A stretch of DNA of 64,000 nucleotides. Origin: Pseudomonadota bacterium. Its GTDB lineage: Bacteria; Pseudomonadota; Gammaproteobacteria; Pseudomonadales; Oleiphilaceae. The position numbers and the translations under genes are program-made. The notes below the pieces were generated by a model that was not told where the DNA came from, ran no database searches, and saw only the letters and a program-made list of their open reading frames with translations. Below are positions 11,356 to 20,557 of the stretch, piece after piece. The DNA is taken from contig JAEZAA010000175.1 of NCBI GenBank assembly GCA_023430625.1, positions 3,123 through 67,122 on the forward strand, written 5' to 3'. Positions within the stretch are counted from its first letter, which is position 1, and each line of letters starts with the position of its first letter.

Positions 11356-11488
11356 GGTACGACTCAGGGTACTAGCTTCCGATGCTATGGTTATTTCCGG
11401 TACCTAGGCTATGCCCAATACTAAAACTCTTTGCGGCACTAACGCTCTGTCCGGTACTAAAGTTCTTTCAGTACTTAACCTATCTTCC
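11356..11488. repeat. Degenerate 18-bp tandem repeat array (5 full units plus 2 partial)
   Basis: Units are GGTACCTAGGCTATGCCC, AATACTAAAACTCTTTGC, GGCACTAACGCTCTGTCC, GGTACTAAAGTTCTTTCA and GTACTTAACCTATCTTCC, head to tail from 11399 to 11488. Two more GGTAC-initiated copies start at 11356 and 11368. Confidence 0.7.
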
Positions 11489-11508
11489 CGATCCAATGCC
11501 GGTAGAGG

Positions 11509-14001
11509 CTACTGCGTCTGACGGATAGCCTCCATGGGCGCGACCCGTACCACCTGCAAGCTTTGCAGGTAGCCCAGGCAACCGACCACCAGCGCTCCCA
11601 GAACAGGCGCCAGCAGCCAGACCTCCGGATGGGCCTGGGCCTGCATATCCAGCACCAGAACCTGGATTGCCCACACCGTCAGCTCGGCACCGATGACCGC
11701 CACCAGACCGGCCAGCGCCCCCAGCACCGCAAACTCGACAAAGATGCCGCCTGCAATCAATTTGCGGCCCGCTCCAAGCGCCCGGAGTAATGCGCCCTCA
11801 TGATAACGCTCGCCCATGGTGACATTCACCAATGCGGCCACCACCAGCAAGGCGGCCACCAGGATCAGGGCGAGGACCAGCTCGATCGCCACACTCACCT
11901 GCATCATCACCGACCGTACCCGCTCGATCAGCTGATCGAGCTCCAGGATCGTGACCGTTGGATAGCGGCTGGTCAATTCGTTCAACAGTCCCTTCTGCTC
12001 GGGCTTCAGGTGGATGCTCGTGATGTAGGTGGTGGGAAATTCCTCCAAAAAGCCCGGCGTGAACACCACATAGAAGTTCGGCTTCATGCTGTCCCACTCC
12101 ACGGTGCGGAAGCTCTTGACGGTGACGTCGACCCGGCGGTCGCCAACGGTGAAGGTCAGCAGATCACCCAGTTTAAGCCCCAGGCGCTGAGCCAACTTGG
12201 CCTCCACCGACACCCAGGGTTCAGGCGCTGCCAGCGACTCCCACCATTCACCCTCCACGATTCGATTGTCGCTGGGCGGCGTTTCCATCCAGGTCAGATT
12301 GAGCTCGCGGTTCAGCGCGTTGACCTCCTCGTCCTTGCTCACCACTCGTCGTGCCGGCTCGTTATTGATGTGGCTGAGCCGGCCTCGCACGATGGGATAC
12401 AAGCCAGCGGCGGGCACCGCCTGTTCCTCCAGATAGCGGTCCAGCGCGGGTATGTCCTCCGGTGCGATGTTGATCAGGAAGTGATTGGGCGCATCTTCCG
12501 GCAATTGCGCCTGCCACTCCGACACCAGGCTGGTGCGGGTCAGATAGATGATGGTCAACAACATCAGGGCCAGGGCGAATACCACCATTTGCAGAATGCT
12601 CTGCCAGCGGCGGCGGGCGACGGAGGCAAGCCCTAGCTTCCAGAAGGATCCGGCGCGGGTGCCCACCAGACGACCCGCGCGCAAAAAGACGGCGGCCAGC
12701 ACCACGAACACAAGCACCACCGCCAGCAGACCACCCACCACCAGCCCGGTCAGGCGCCAGTCGCCGCTGTACAGGTAAAGCACGCCTACGACCGCCAGTA
12801 CGCCGGCACCGTACAACCAGGCCGAGCCACTGCCCTGCACCGGCATGTCCCGTCGCAGCACCCGTGCCGGCGCTACTTTTTGCAGCATCAGCAAGGGCGG
12901 CATGGCAAATGCCAACAGGCTGATCATGGCCGTTGCCACCCCCAGGCTCAGGCTGCTCAGGGGCGTCTGCACCGCCACGGGCGGCAACAAATCCCGCAAC
13001 ACCCACAACACCACCAGATGCCCCAGCCAGCCCAGGAACAAGCCAATGCCGGCACAGACAAGCCCCAGGATGAGAAAACTAAAGCCATAGAAGCGACTGA
13101 CCGCGCGCCCGCGCACGCCCAGCGTTTTCAACAGCGCCACCGTGTCGTACTGGCGCTGGGCATACTGACGCGCCGACATGGCAATGGCCACGCCCGCCAG
13201 AATGACGGCGAGGCTGCCGCCCAGCAACAGGTAGGTCTCTGCTTTCTGCAGGGCGTCGGCCAATGCCGGCCGGCCGCTACGCACATCCTGCCAGGTATGA
13301 CTCGGCCCCAGGCGCGGCGCCAGCCAGGCTTCATAGGCCGCCAGCTGATCCGGCTCACCGGCGAACAGGTAGCGATACGTCAGGCGGCTACCGGGCTGAA
13401 CCACGCCGGTGGCCTCCACGTCTTCCCAGTTCATGAGCACGCGGGGCGATAGATTGATAAAGCTGAAGGAGGCATCCGGCTCCCGCTGAACCACCTGGGT
13501 CACCTGCAGCGCCAGATCGCCAAGCTCTGCGGTGTCGCCCACGTCCAGGCCGAGCAATGAGAACAGGCGCGGCGCAATCCAGATAGTTCCCGGCGATGGC
13601 GCCTGGCTAATCGGCCGTGTCGCGCCACGGGGGCTGTCGCTGATTTCCAGCGAGCCTTCAAGAGGATAATTGGACGTGGCGGCCTTCACGCTGACCAGTT
13701 GCATGCCCTCTTCGCCGAACAGCATGCTGGCGAACTCCAGCGTGCGCGCCACTTCGAGACCCTGAATGCGCGCCTGGGCCAGCCAGGTTTCGTCCACCGG
13801 TTGTGGGCTACTGAGCTGACGGTCGCCCGCCAGGAACTGGCTGGAGGACTGGAAGATGATTTGCTGCAGCTTGGCGGAAAACACGGCGATCGCGGTGACC
13901 GTTGCCACCGCCACAATCAGGGAAATGGCGAGAATGCGCAGCTCCCGCGAACGCTGGTCGCGGCGTACCAGGCGGTAACCTTCCCGTAGGACGATTCTCA
14001 T
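11509..14001 (-). CDS. ybbP: ABC transporter permease, duplicated FtsX-like domain (YbbP-type)
   Basis: 830 aa with two blocks of four TM helices separated by large periplasmic domains. Its start overlaps the stop of the upstream ATPase gene by 1 nt (TGATG). The arrangement is tesA-divergent, as in E. coli ybbA-ybbP. Confidence 0.85.
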   Translation of the reverse strand: MRIVLREGYRLVRRDQRSRELRILAISLIVAVATVTAIAVFSAKLQQIIFQSSSQFLAGDRQLSSPQPVDETWLAQARIQGLEVARTLEFASMLFGEEGMQLVSVKAATSNYPLEGSLEISDSPRGATRPISQAPSPGTIWIAPRLFSLLGLDVGDTAELGDLALQVTQVVQREPDASFSFINLSPRVLMNWEDVEATGVVQPGSRLTYRYLFAGEPDQLAAYEAWLAPRLGPSHTWQDVRSGRPALADALQKAETYLLLGGSLAVILAGVAIAMSARQYAQRQYDTVALLKTLGVRGRAVSRFYGFSFLILGLVCAGIGLFLGWLGHLVVLWVLRDLLPPVAVQTPLSSLSLGVATAMISLLAFAMPPLLMLQKVAPARVLRRDMPVQGSGSAWLYGAGVLAVVGVLYLYSGDWRLTGLVVGGLLAVVLVFVVLAAVFLRAGRLVGTRAGSFWKLGLASVARRRWQSILQMVVFALALMLLTIIYLTRTSLVSEWQAQLPEDAPNHFLINIAPEDIPALDRYLEEQAVPAAGLYPIVRGRLSHINNEPARRVVSKDEEVNALNRELNLTWMETPPSDNRIVEGEWWESLAAPEPWVSVEAKLAQRLGLKLGDLLTFTVGDRRVDVTVKSFRTVEWDSMKPNFYVVFTPGFLEEFPTTYITSIHLKPEQKGLLNELTSRYPTVTILELDQLIERVRSVMMQVSVAIELVLALILVAALLVVAALVNVTMGERYHEGALLRALGAGRKLIAGGIFVEFAVLGALAGLVAVIGAELTVWAIQVLVLDMQAQAHPEVWLLAPVLGALVVGCLGYLQSLQVVRVAPMEAIRQTQ

Positions 14002-14690
14002 CAGACCGCCCCCGTCATCAGCTGGCCGGCCTCCATGTGGAAACTGCGCCCGCAGCGCTCAGCCAGGTGCTCGTCATGGGTGACCAGCACCAGGGTCGTG
14101 TTATGTTCACGGTTTAGCTCAAACAACAGCTCGACAATCCGCGCGCCGGTTGCGGTGTCCAGGTTCCCGGTCGGTTCATCGGCAAACAGGATCTGCGGCC
14201 GGCAGGCAAACGCCCGCGCCAAAGCCACCCGCTGCTGCTCACCGCCGGAGAGCTGGCGCGGGAAATGGGTCTCCCGATGACTGAGCCCGACCCGCTGCAG
14301 GAACTGGCGCGCCTGCTCCTCAGGCCGCTCCTCGCCCTTCAGCTCAAGCGGCAGCATCACGTTTTCCAGGGCGGTCAGTGACGACAGCAGTTGGAAATTC
14401 TGGAACACGAAGCCGACACTGTGAGCGCGCACATCGGCCCGTTCTTCCTCGGTCAGCTGAGTCAGATCGCGCCCCTGCAGTAGAATTCGTCCCTGGCTGG
14501 GAACATCGAGCCCCGCCAGTAGTCCAAGCAACGTCGTCTTCCCCGACCCGGAGCTGCCCACGATGGCAACGGTTTCGCCTGGGTTGATTTCCAGCGATAT
14601 ACCTCTCAGGATTTCCAGGGGTTCCGACGCAAACTGCACGGACTTGAAAACATTTTCCGCAACCAGAACAGCTGGAGCATTCATCGACAT
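14001..14690 (-). CDS. ybbA: ABC transporter ATP-binding protein (YbbA/LolD-like)
   Basis: Walker A GSSGSGKTT, signature LSGGEQQRVALARA, Walker B ILFADEPT. Confidence 0.9.
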   Translation of the reverse strand: MSMNAPAVLVAENVFKSVQFASEPLEILRGISLEINPGETVAIVGSSGSGKTTLLGLLAGLDVPSQGRILLQGRDLTQLTEEERADVRAHSVGFVFQNFQLLSSLTALENVMLPLELKGEERPEEQARQFLQRVGLSHRETHFPRQLSGGEQQRVALARAFACRPQILFADEPTGNLDTATGARIVELLFELNREHNTTLVLVTHDEHLAERCGRSFHMEAGQLMTGAV

Positions 14691-15339
14691 GCATTCTCCC
14701 GATCGTAGTCGCGCCTACCGACGTCTTGGCGGCCTGCTTGGCGCTTGGATTTTTCTTCTTTGGGCGAGCTTGCAGAGTGCGGCCGCGGCACCGGCCTCCA
14801 CCATCCTGGTTTTTGGCGACAGCCTGAGTGCATCCTACGGCGTTCCGGTCGAACGGAGCTGGGTGACCCTGCTCGAAAAACGCCTCGACATAATGGACAA
14901 ACCCTACCGTGTAATCAACGCCAGTATCAGCGGCGAAACCACCGATGGCGGCCTGCGCCGGCTCCCGGAAGTACTGGCGCGCACCAAGCCCGCACTGGTG
15001 ATTCTGGAACTTGGCGGCAACGACGGGCTGCGCGGGTTTCCCCTGAAAGTCGTCCAGGAAAATCTCAGCGGCATGGTCACCGCCGCACTCGACGCCAACG
15101 CCAAGGTGCTGCTGGTCGGCATGCGCATCCCGCCCAATTACGGCAAGCGCTACACCGAAGGATTCCACAAGCTCTTCGGACAGGTCGCGGACCAGCACGA
15201 TACGCCGCTGGTGCCATTTATGCTGGAAGAGATCGCGGTCAAGCCGGAGCTGATGCAGGAGGATCGCATTCATCCCCGGGCTGAAGCCCAGGCGCAGATA
15301 CTGGACAACATCTGGCCCCACCTGGAACCTCTGCTATAA
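14689..15339 (+). CDS. tesA: SGNH/GDSL arylesterase, thioesterase I / lysophospholipase L1 (TesA)
   Basis: Signal peptide followed by ILVFGDSLSASYG (the GDSL block), GGNDG, and DRIHP (DxxH). Start trimmed to MHSPDRS at 14689. Confidence 0.85.
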   Translation: MHSPDRSRAYRRLGGLLGAWIFLLWASLQSAAAAPASTILVFGDSLSASYGVPVERSWVTLLEKRLDIMDKPYRVINASISGETTDGGLRRLPEVLARTKPALVILELGGNDGLRGFPLKVVQENLSGMVTAALDANAKVLLVGMRIPPNYGKRYTEGFHKLFGQVADQHDTPLVPFMLEEIAVKPELMQEDRIHPRAEAQAQILDNIWPHLEPLL

Positions 15340-15424
15340 AAGCGGAGGCTCACCCGTGAAACCCGCCACCTTGACCTGTCGCCGGTGTGTTGGATAGGCG
15401 TTCGCGGCAGAAGTTCCTGGCCGG

Positions 15425-16375
15425 CTAGCGCCCTTCCTTGAGAAAGCGCAGGGCGCGCTCCTCGGACCAGTACAAGTCCTGCTCATTGAAGCGGACAAAG
15501 CCCACATGTCCTCCCGAGCTGGGCACTTCCAATCGTACCTGGGCATGGCCCTGGACTTCCTTGGTGGGAAAGCACTCCGGGGCCAGGAAGGGATCGTTGG
15601 CGGCATTGACGATCAAGGTGGGCACCCGGATATCGCCGATAAAACCTCGGCTGCTGCAGCGCGCCCAATAATCCTCGGCATCGCGAAAACCATGCATGGG
15701 CGCGGTGAAGCGATCATCGAATTCCTGGAACGTCCGCAAGCGCTCAATGCCAGTGAGATCGATCTGGCCTGGAAAGCTCTGCTGCTTGAGCTCCATTTTC
15801 TGTCGCAGACTCCGGATGAAGCGTCGCATGTAGATATAGTTGGAGGGGCGCGCCAGTTGTCGTGCCCCCGCCGCCAGATCGCAGGGCACCGAGAATACCA
15901 CCGCGCGGGACACCTGAGCCGGCAACGCACTGCCGCGCTCGCCGAGATAAACCAGTGTCAGGTTTCCACCCAGGCTAAAGCCAACCAGCGCCACCTCGTC
16001 GTACGCCCCGCTCGCCAGCGCATGCGACACGACCGCGTCCAGATCCTCGGTTGCACCACTGTGATAGAACCGCAGGCAGCGATTCATCTCGCCGCCACAG
16101 GAGCGGAAATTCCAGGCCAGTGCATCCCAGCCGCCTGCGTTGACCGCCCGGGCCATGCCGGCAACGTACGGGCGCCGACTGTTTCCCTCCAGCCCATGGG
16201 AAATCACCACCAGCCGACGGGCGCCGACCCGGCTCCAGTCCAGGTCGAGAAAATCCCCATCCTCGGTGGTGATGCGCTCCCGGACGAAATGATCCGTGGT
16301 GACCTTGCGCCAGAGGCTGGGGTAAATGCTCAGCAGATGGCCATTGCGCAGTAATGTGGGTGCCAGGTATTGCAT
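15425..16375 (-). CDS. YheT-type alpha/beta hydrolase
   Basis: HGLEGNS, FYHSGATED, GFSLGGN and SGGHVGF align along the full length with E. coli YheT as I remember it. Start trimmed to MQYLAPTLL at 16375. Confidence 0.8.
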   Translation of the reverse strand: MQYLAPTLLRNGHLLSIYPSLWRKVTTDHFVRERITTEDGDFLDLDWSRVGARRLVVISHGLEGNSRRPYVAGMARAVNAGGWDALAWNFRSCGGEMNRCLRFYHSGATEDLDAVVSHALASGAYDEVALVGFSLGGNLTLVYLGERGSALPAQVSRAVVFSVPCDLAAGARQLARPSNYIYMRRFIRSLRQKMELKQQSFPGQIDLTGIERLRTFQEFDDRFTAPMHGFRDAEDYWARCSSRGFIGDIRVPTLIVNAANDPFLAPECFPTKEVQGHAQVRLEVPSSGGHVGFVRFNEQDLYWSEERALRFLKEGR

Positions 16376-16430
16376 TATCTTGCCTTTCTTCAGTTCATGG
16401 CCGGGACCTCCCTCTTCCCGGACCTTGTAA

Positions 16431-17333
16431 TCAGCGCACCACCAGCACGTCGGAGTCCAGATCATCCAGTACCCGCTCCGCGGTACTGCCGATAAAAACC
16501 CGGTCCAGGCCGCTACGCGAGACCGCCCCCATAACCGTCAGGTCGATCCCGTCCTCCCGCACGATGCGTGGGAGCACCTGCTCCGGCAATCCGTCTTCCA
16601 GCCGTGAAGAAGCCGTCGGGGCCTGGGCTGCAATCAGGTGCTCCAGCGCTTGCCGATGGTGGTCCCTGATCTCCTCTCGGAAAGCCGGATAATCCGCCAT
16701 CATGGCGTCGAATTCGGTGACCAGCCCGGTCGGAACCACCTCGTAGACGTGCAACACCTCGAGTTGACCCGCCAGACCACTCGCCACCTGCTGCGACCAT
16801 TGCAGGATACGCTGGTCCAAGGCCACGTCCTTGGCGCGGGCATGGACCGGATCGACCGCCGCCAGAATGCGTGGCTGACTTTTCCACGGGTGTTCGCCGC
16901 GCACAAACCACAGGGGCGCCTTCGCCTCCCGCATCAGATGCCAGTCAGTGTTGGTAAACAGGGCACGGTTCAACGCGGAATGGTGATGGGTCTGCTTGAT
17001 GATCAACCCTGCCCCCACCTCGTCGGCGCGGGTCAGCACCGCCTCATACAGAGGGCTCGCCCAACGCACCTCGCCACTGGCCGCCAATCCCTGCTGTTCA
17101 AGTTGCAGCAGAAAATCGTCCATCCGCCGCCGGATTGCGTTGAGATGCCCTTCGATCACACCCTGTACGGCCTGGGGATTGAAGTTATAGCTCGCATTCA
17201 GGGCATTGTTATAGTCCGCCGCAAACAGATGCAGCCGACCACCCGTGCCCCGCGCGATGTTCAGGGCGCGCTCCAGCAGCACCTGATTGTCGCCATTCGG
17301 GTCCAGGACCACCAGCAGGTTTGTGTTATCCAT
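16431..17333 (-). CDS. Universal stress protein with tandem Usp domains (UspE-like)
   Basis: 300 aa made of two Usp-like halves. The second ends in GAVSRSGLDRVFIGSTAERVL, the ATP-binding-type G-2x-G-9x-GS motif. Confidence 0.75.
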   Translation of the reverse strand: MDNTNLLVVLDPNGDNQVLLERALNIARGTGGRLHLFAADYNNALNASYNFNPQAVQGVIEGHLNAIRRRMDDFLLQLEQQGLAASGEVRWASPLYEAVLTRADEVGAGLIIKQTHHHSALNRALFTNTDWHLMREAKAPLWFVRGEHPWKSQPRILAAVDPVHARAKDVALDQRILQWSQQVASGLAGQLEVLHVYEVVPTGLVTEFDAMMADYPAFREEIRDHHRQALEHLIAAQAPTASSRLEDGLPEQVLPRIVREDGIDLTVMGAVSRSGLDRVFIGSTAERVLDDLDSDVLVVR

Positions 17334-17409
17334 CTGTACGATCTCCTTGGGTCAGATACCGTGTCATCCTGACTGGCGACATCGGCGAAAATTTCAGTGG
17401 GACGCAGGC

Positions 17410-17438
17410 TTGACGCCTCTAATCGAGGTCTATATTAT
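17410..17438 (+). promoter_or_regulatory. Sigma70-type promoter for tRNA-Asn copy 1
   Basis: TTGACG-N17-TATTAT ending about 21 bp before the mature tRNA 5' end. Confidence 0.6.
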
Positions 17439-17459
17439 TCGCAGCCTGCGTATGGCGGT

Positions 17460-17535
17460 TCCTCGATAGCTCAGTCGGTAGAGCAACGGACTGTTAATCC
17501 GTGGGTCGCTGGTTCGAGCCCAGCTCGAGGAGCCA
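17460..17535 (+). tRNA. tRNA-Asn (GTT)
   Basis: 7-bp acceptor stem TCCTCGA/TCGAGGA, D-arm AGCTCAGTCGGTAGAGC, anticodon loop CTGTTAA, T-arm GGTTCGAGCC, encoded CCA. Confidence 0.95.
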
Positions 17536-17727
17536 ATTTACTCCTCCCCGCCTAACGCACCGCTCCAACATCTCCCGCGATATCCAGATTCCAACGCCTC
17601 TTCTAATCCTAAAGTTCCAACCCTTAAGCCAGACACTTTTTCCCGATGATCAGTTTGCGTTGAGCCATTAGCGCCCACAGGCAACTAATGACCCAAACAA
17701 CGCAACTCTATTCCTGCCCGGCTAACG

Positions 17728-19023
17728 CTAGAACAGGCGCTCCCGCTGCAGGAACGCCCTTAACGCCCGAAACAGCGTGTACGCATCGTCGCGCCCGGCC
17801 AGTTCCCGAATGGAGTGCATGGCGAACTGGGGTACCCCGATATCCAGTGTGCGCACACCCAGGTTACTGGCCGTAATTGGCCCAATCGTGCTGCCGCAGG
17901 CCATATCCGTTCGTACGACGAAGCTCTGATACGGCAAGCCTTCCTGCTCACTGAGAAAACGATAGAAGCCACTGGTTTCACTGCTGGTGGCATAGCGCTG
18001 ATTGGCGTTGACCTTGATCACCGGCCCCTGGTTGAGAATGGGACCGTGATTGGCGTCATGCTTGTCCACGTAATTGGGATGCACGCCGTGGGCGTTATCG
18101 GCGGAAACGAACAGGGACTGACTGATCACCCGCTGGCGACTCTCCGCATCGGGATATAAGCGCTCCAGCACGGACGCCAGAAACGGCCCCTGGGCACCTT
18201 CCGCCGACGAACTGCCTACCTCTTCGTGATCATTGAGAACCAGCAGGGCCGGCTGCGTCGTCGCCGAATCCAGCAGCGCCCGTAGGCCGATATAGCAGCT
18301 CAACAGGTTGTCCAGCCGGGCCGAGGCAATGAATTCCTCGCGCAATCCCACCAGTGCCGGCGGTTGGGTGTCATAAAAGCACAACTCATAATCCAGCACC
18401 CGACTCACATCCAGCTCTGGATGTTCATCCTTCAGTTGCAACGTTAACACCGCACGCAGATCGACCTGCTCGCCACTACCCAACTGCAACAGTACCGGCG
18501 GCAGCTCCCGCTGCGGATTGATGGAGCGGTTGCTGTTCGCCTCCCGATCCAGGTGAATGGCAAGGCTGGGAATAATCGCGACCGGCTTGCGGAAATTGAC
18601 CAGGGCGGTACTCACCTCGCCCTTGGAGGTCACAAAGCTGACCCGGCCGGCCAGCGACAGATCCCGGTCAAACCAGGGTCCGTACAGCGCGCCACCATAT
18701 ACCTCAACACCCAGCTGCCAATAGCCCTTATTGGTCAATCCCGGGTTGGGCTTCACCTTGAGGCATGGGCTGTCCGTGTGGGCACCCATCATCCGCACGC
18801 CGCGCTCGATCGCGTCCGACCCATTCACAAAGGCGATGATCGACGAGCCATTACGCACCACGAAGTAGCGCTCGCCTTCCTGCAAGGTCCAGCTGTCCGC
18901 TTCGAACAACTGTTGATAGCCGGCATCCCGCAGGCGGGCCGCCACCTGCTCCACCGCGTGATAGGGCGTGGGCGACTCGCGGAGAAACTCAAATAAATCC
19001 CGATTGAAATCGGCTTGTTGCAT
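17728..19023 (-). CDS. apeB: M18-family aminopeptidase
   Basis: Start trimmed to [24 protein letters not shown]. Contains the GAHTDSPC and DHEEVGS metal-ligand motifs typical of M18. Confidence 0.85.
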   Translation of the reverse strand: MQQADFNRDLFEFLRESPTPYHAVEQVAARLRDAGYQQLFEADSWTLQEGERYFVVRNGSSIIAFVNGSDAIERGVRMMGAHTDSPCLKVKPNPGLTNKGYWQLGVEVYGGALYGPWFDRDLSLAGRVSFVTSKGEVSTALVNFRKPVAIIPSLAIHLDREANSNRSINPQRELPPVLLQLGSGEQVDLRAVLTLQLKDEHPELDVSRVLDYELCFYDTQPPALVGLREEFIASARLDNLLSCYIGLRALLDSATTQPALLVLNDHEEVGSSSAEGAQGPFLASVLERLYPDAESRQRVISQSLFVSADNAHGVHPNYVDKHDANHGPILNQGPVIKVNANQRYATSSETSGFYRFLSEQEGLPYQSFVVRTDMACGSTIGPITASNLGVRTLDIGVPQFAMHSIRELAGRDDAYTLFRALRAFLQRERLF

Positions 19024-19328
19024 GACCACCTCGAACGGACATCCTGGCACCGGTTGAGCGCGACAGGCAGTTAGGGATAGGGTTGCGATAGATTTATAAA
19101 ATAGCGACTTAGAACGCTGCCGGCCAGTGTGACATAGCACAAAGATACAGTGAACGGCGCCCCACGGGAGCATCCTGGCCGACAGCCGGATCAAACACCA
19201 GATTGTCTTGTTGATGCCCTGCATTCCACCAGCCTGAGTGGCGCACATGACGAGCGCTGCTGCGTGGTGAGTACGATTGGGAGCAGGTATAATCGCGTCC
19301 GTTTTCACGGAACAGGTGACCTAACGCC

Positions 19329-19817
19329 ATGCCCTATCCTCTCTTTTTGGACATCGAAGGCAGCAGCCACGACGAAGGCGCCCATCCCATCGCCGCCTCC
19401 TGGAGCCTGCCGGACGGCCAGATCAAGTCGGTGCTGATCATGCCGGAAGACGATTGGGAAGACTGGGACCTGGGCAATCTGGCGGCCCGTGGCATCACCC
19501 GGGATCACCTGCTGGACCAGGGTTTCTCGGCACTGGATGTCATCCGCGAGATGAACCTGGACTTTGGCGACGCCCGCGTTTACATCGACGGCCTGGACTA
19601 CGATCAGGAACTGCTCGACTGCCTATTCGAAGCCTATGGCGAGGAGCCCACCTTCGAACTGGTGTCCATTTCCCGCCGCATTCCGGACTATGGTTACGAG
19701 CAGTTTCTCAGTTATCGCCAGCAACTTCTGGAGGAGACCGGCCGCTCAGCCTACGACTCGGAATCGAACGTCTTCGTCATGCTGAAACTGGCCGATGAAC
19801 TGGGCCTTGAAGATTAG
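19329..19817 (+). CDS. Hypothetical acidic protein with possible DEDD 3'-5' exonuclease-like fold
   Basis: FLDIEG near the N-terminus resembles an Exo I DxE motif, and YIDGLDYD resembles Exo II. There is no clear Exo III H/Y-x-D motif. The call is tentative. Confidence 0.5.
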   Translation: MPYPLFLDIEGSSHDEGAHPIAASWSLPDGQIKSVLIMPEDDWEDWDLGNLAARGITRDHLLDQGFSALDVIREMNLDFGDARVYIDGLDYDQELLDCLFEAYGEEPTFELVSISRRIPDYGYEQFLSYRQQLLEETGRSAYDSESNVFVMLKLADELGLED

Positions 19818-19963
19818 CGCCGGATCACGTCCAGGCGCCTGATTACCAACGAATTGTGATGTCCATCCGCGATTGGCCTGGCAGGCTCGGTTAAACTCCT
19901 GCGATCCAAGATGCGGGAACGGGTTCTCGTATCCGACTGATCGAATAGGAAGTTTTTCAACCC

Positions 19964-20527
19964 ATGCGCTATTCCCTCCTGCCCCTGGTCCTGGCTCTCG
20001 GCATTCCCTCGATGAGCTGGGCGGAAGTCGAAAAGGAAGATAAGACCTTTATTGGCGTGAGGATTACGGATCTGGAGCTGCGCTCGGTCGATGGCGACAA
20101 AGCCGCCAATATGCCGGGCGTGGAATTCGTTCTGGGCAGCTACATTACCGATTATGTGAAGGTAGAGGCGCGCCTGGGCGGCGCCTTGAAGGAAGACTCG
20201 CCGCGTGACGATTTCCAGGCGCGCGTCACCGGCTATGCCAGCTGGTACATGGGCCCCCGCTACCCCATCACTGACGACACCTCGGTGTACGGCCTGTTTG
20301 GCTTCTCGTTTATCAAGGGCAACGTCGACCGGGACGACCGCTACGCCTATCCCGATCTGCCAGACGACCTGTATGACAGCTCTTTCAGCGTCAGCTACGC
20401 CCTGGGCATGGATGTAGGCTTTGCCGAGAACTGGTACGCCAACTTCGAACTGGGCCGGATCCACCGCGACAGCATGACCAAGATCCGCACCATGCACCTG
20501 GGCGCCGGCATCAAGTACGAGTTCTGA
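19964..20527 (+). CDS. Small outer-membrane beta-barrel protein
   Basis: Signal peptide ending SWA-EV, alternating hydrophobic beta-strand pattern, and the C-terminal signature GAGIKYEF ending in Phe. Confidence 0.7.
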   Translation: MRYSLLPLVLALGIPSMSWAEVEKEDKTFIGVRITDLELRSVDGDKAANMPGVEFVLGSYITDYVKVEARLGGALKEDSPRDDFQARVTGYASWYMGPRYPITDDTSVYGLFGFSFIKGNVDRDDRYAYPDLPDDLYDSSFSVSYALGMDVGFAENWYANFELGRIHRDSMTKIRTMHLGAGIKYEF

Positions 20528-20557
20528 GCGAACCCGTACCGATACCACCGGCGACCG

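Noticed and set aside
17549-17727. Recurrent TCCAAC and CTAACGC words downstream of tRNA-Asn copy 1, with a shared CTAACGCT word in the 18-bp repeat array at 11.4 kb
   Set aside because: The spacing is irregular (26 and 36 bp) and the words are short. This is consistent with chance and there is no extended alignment.
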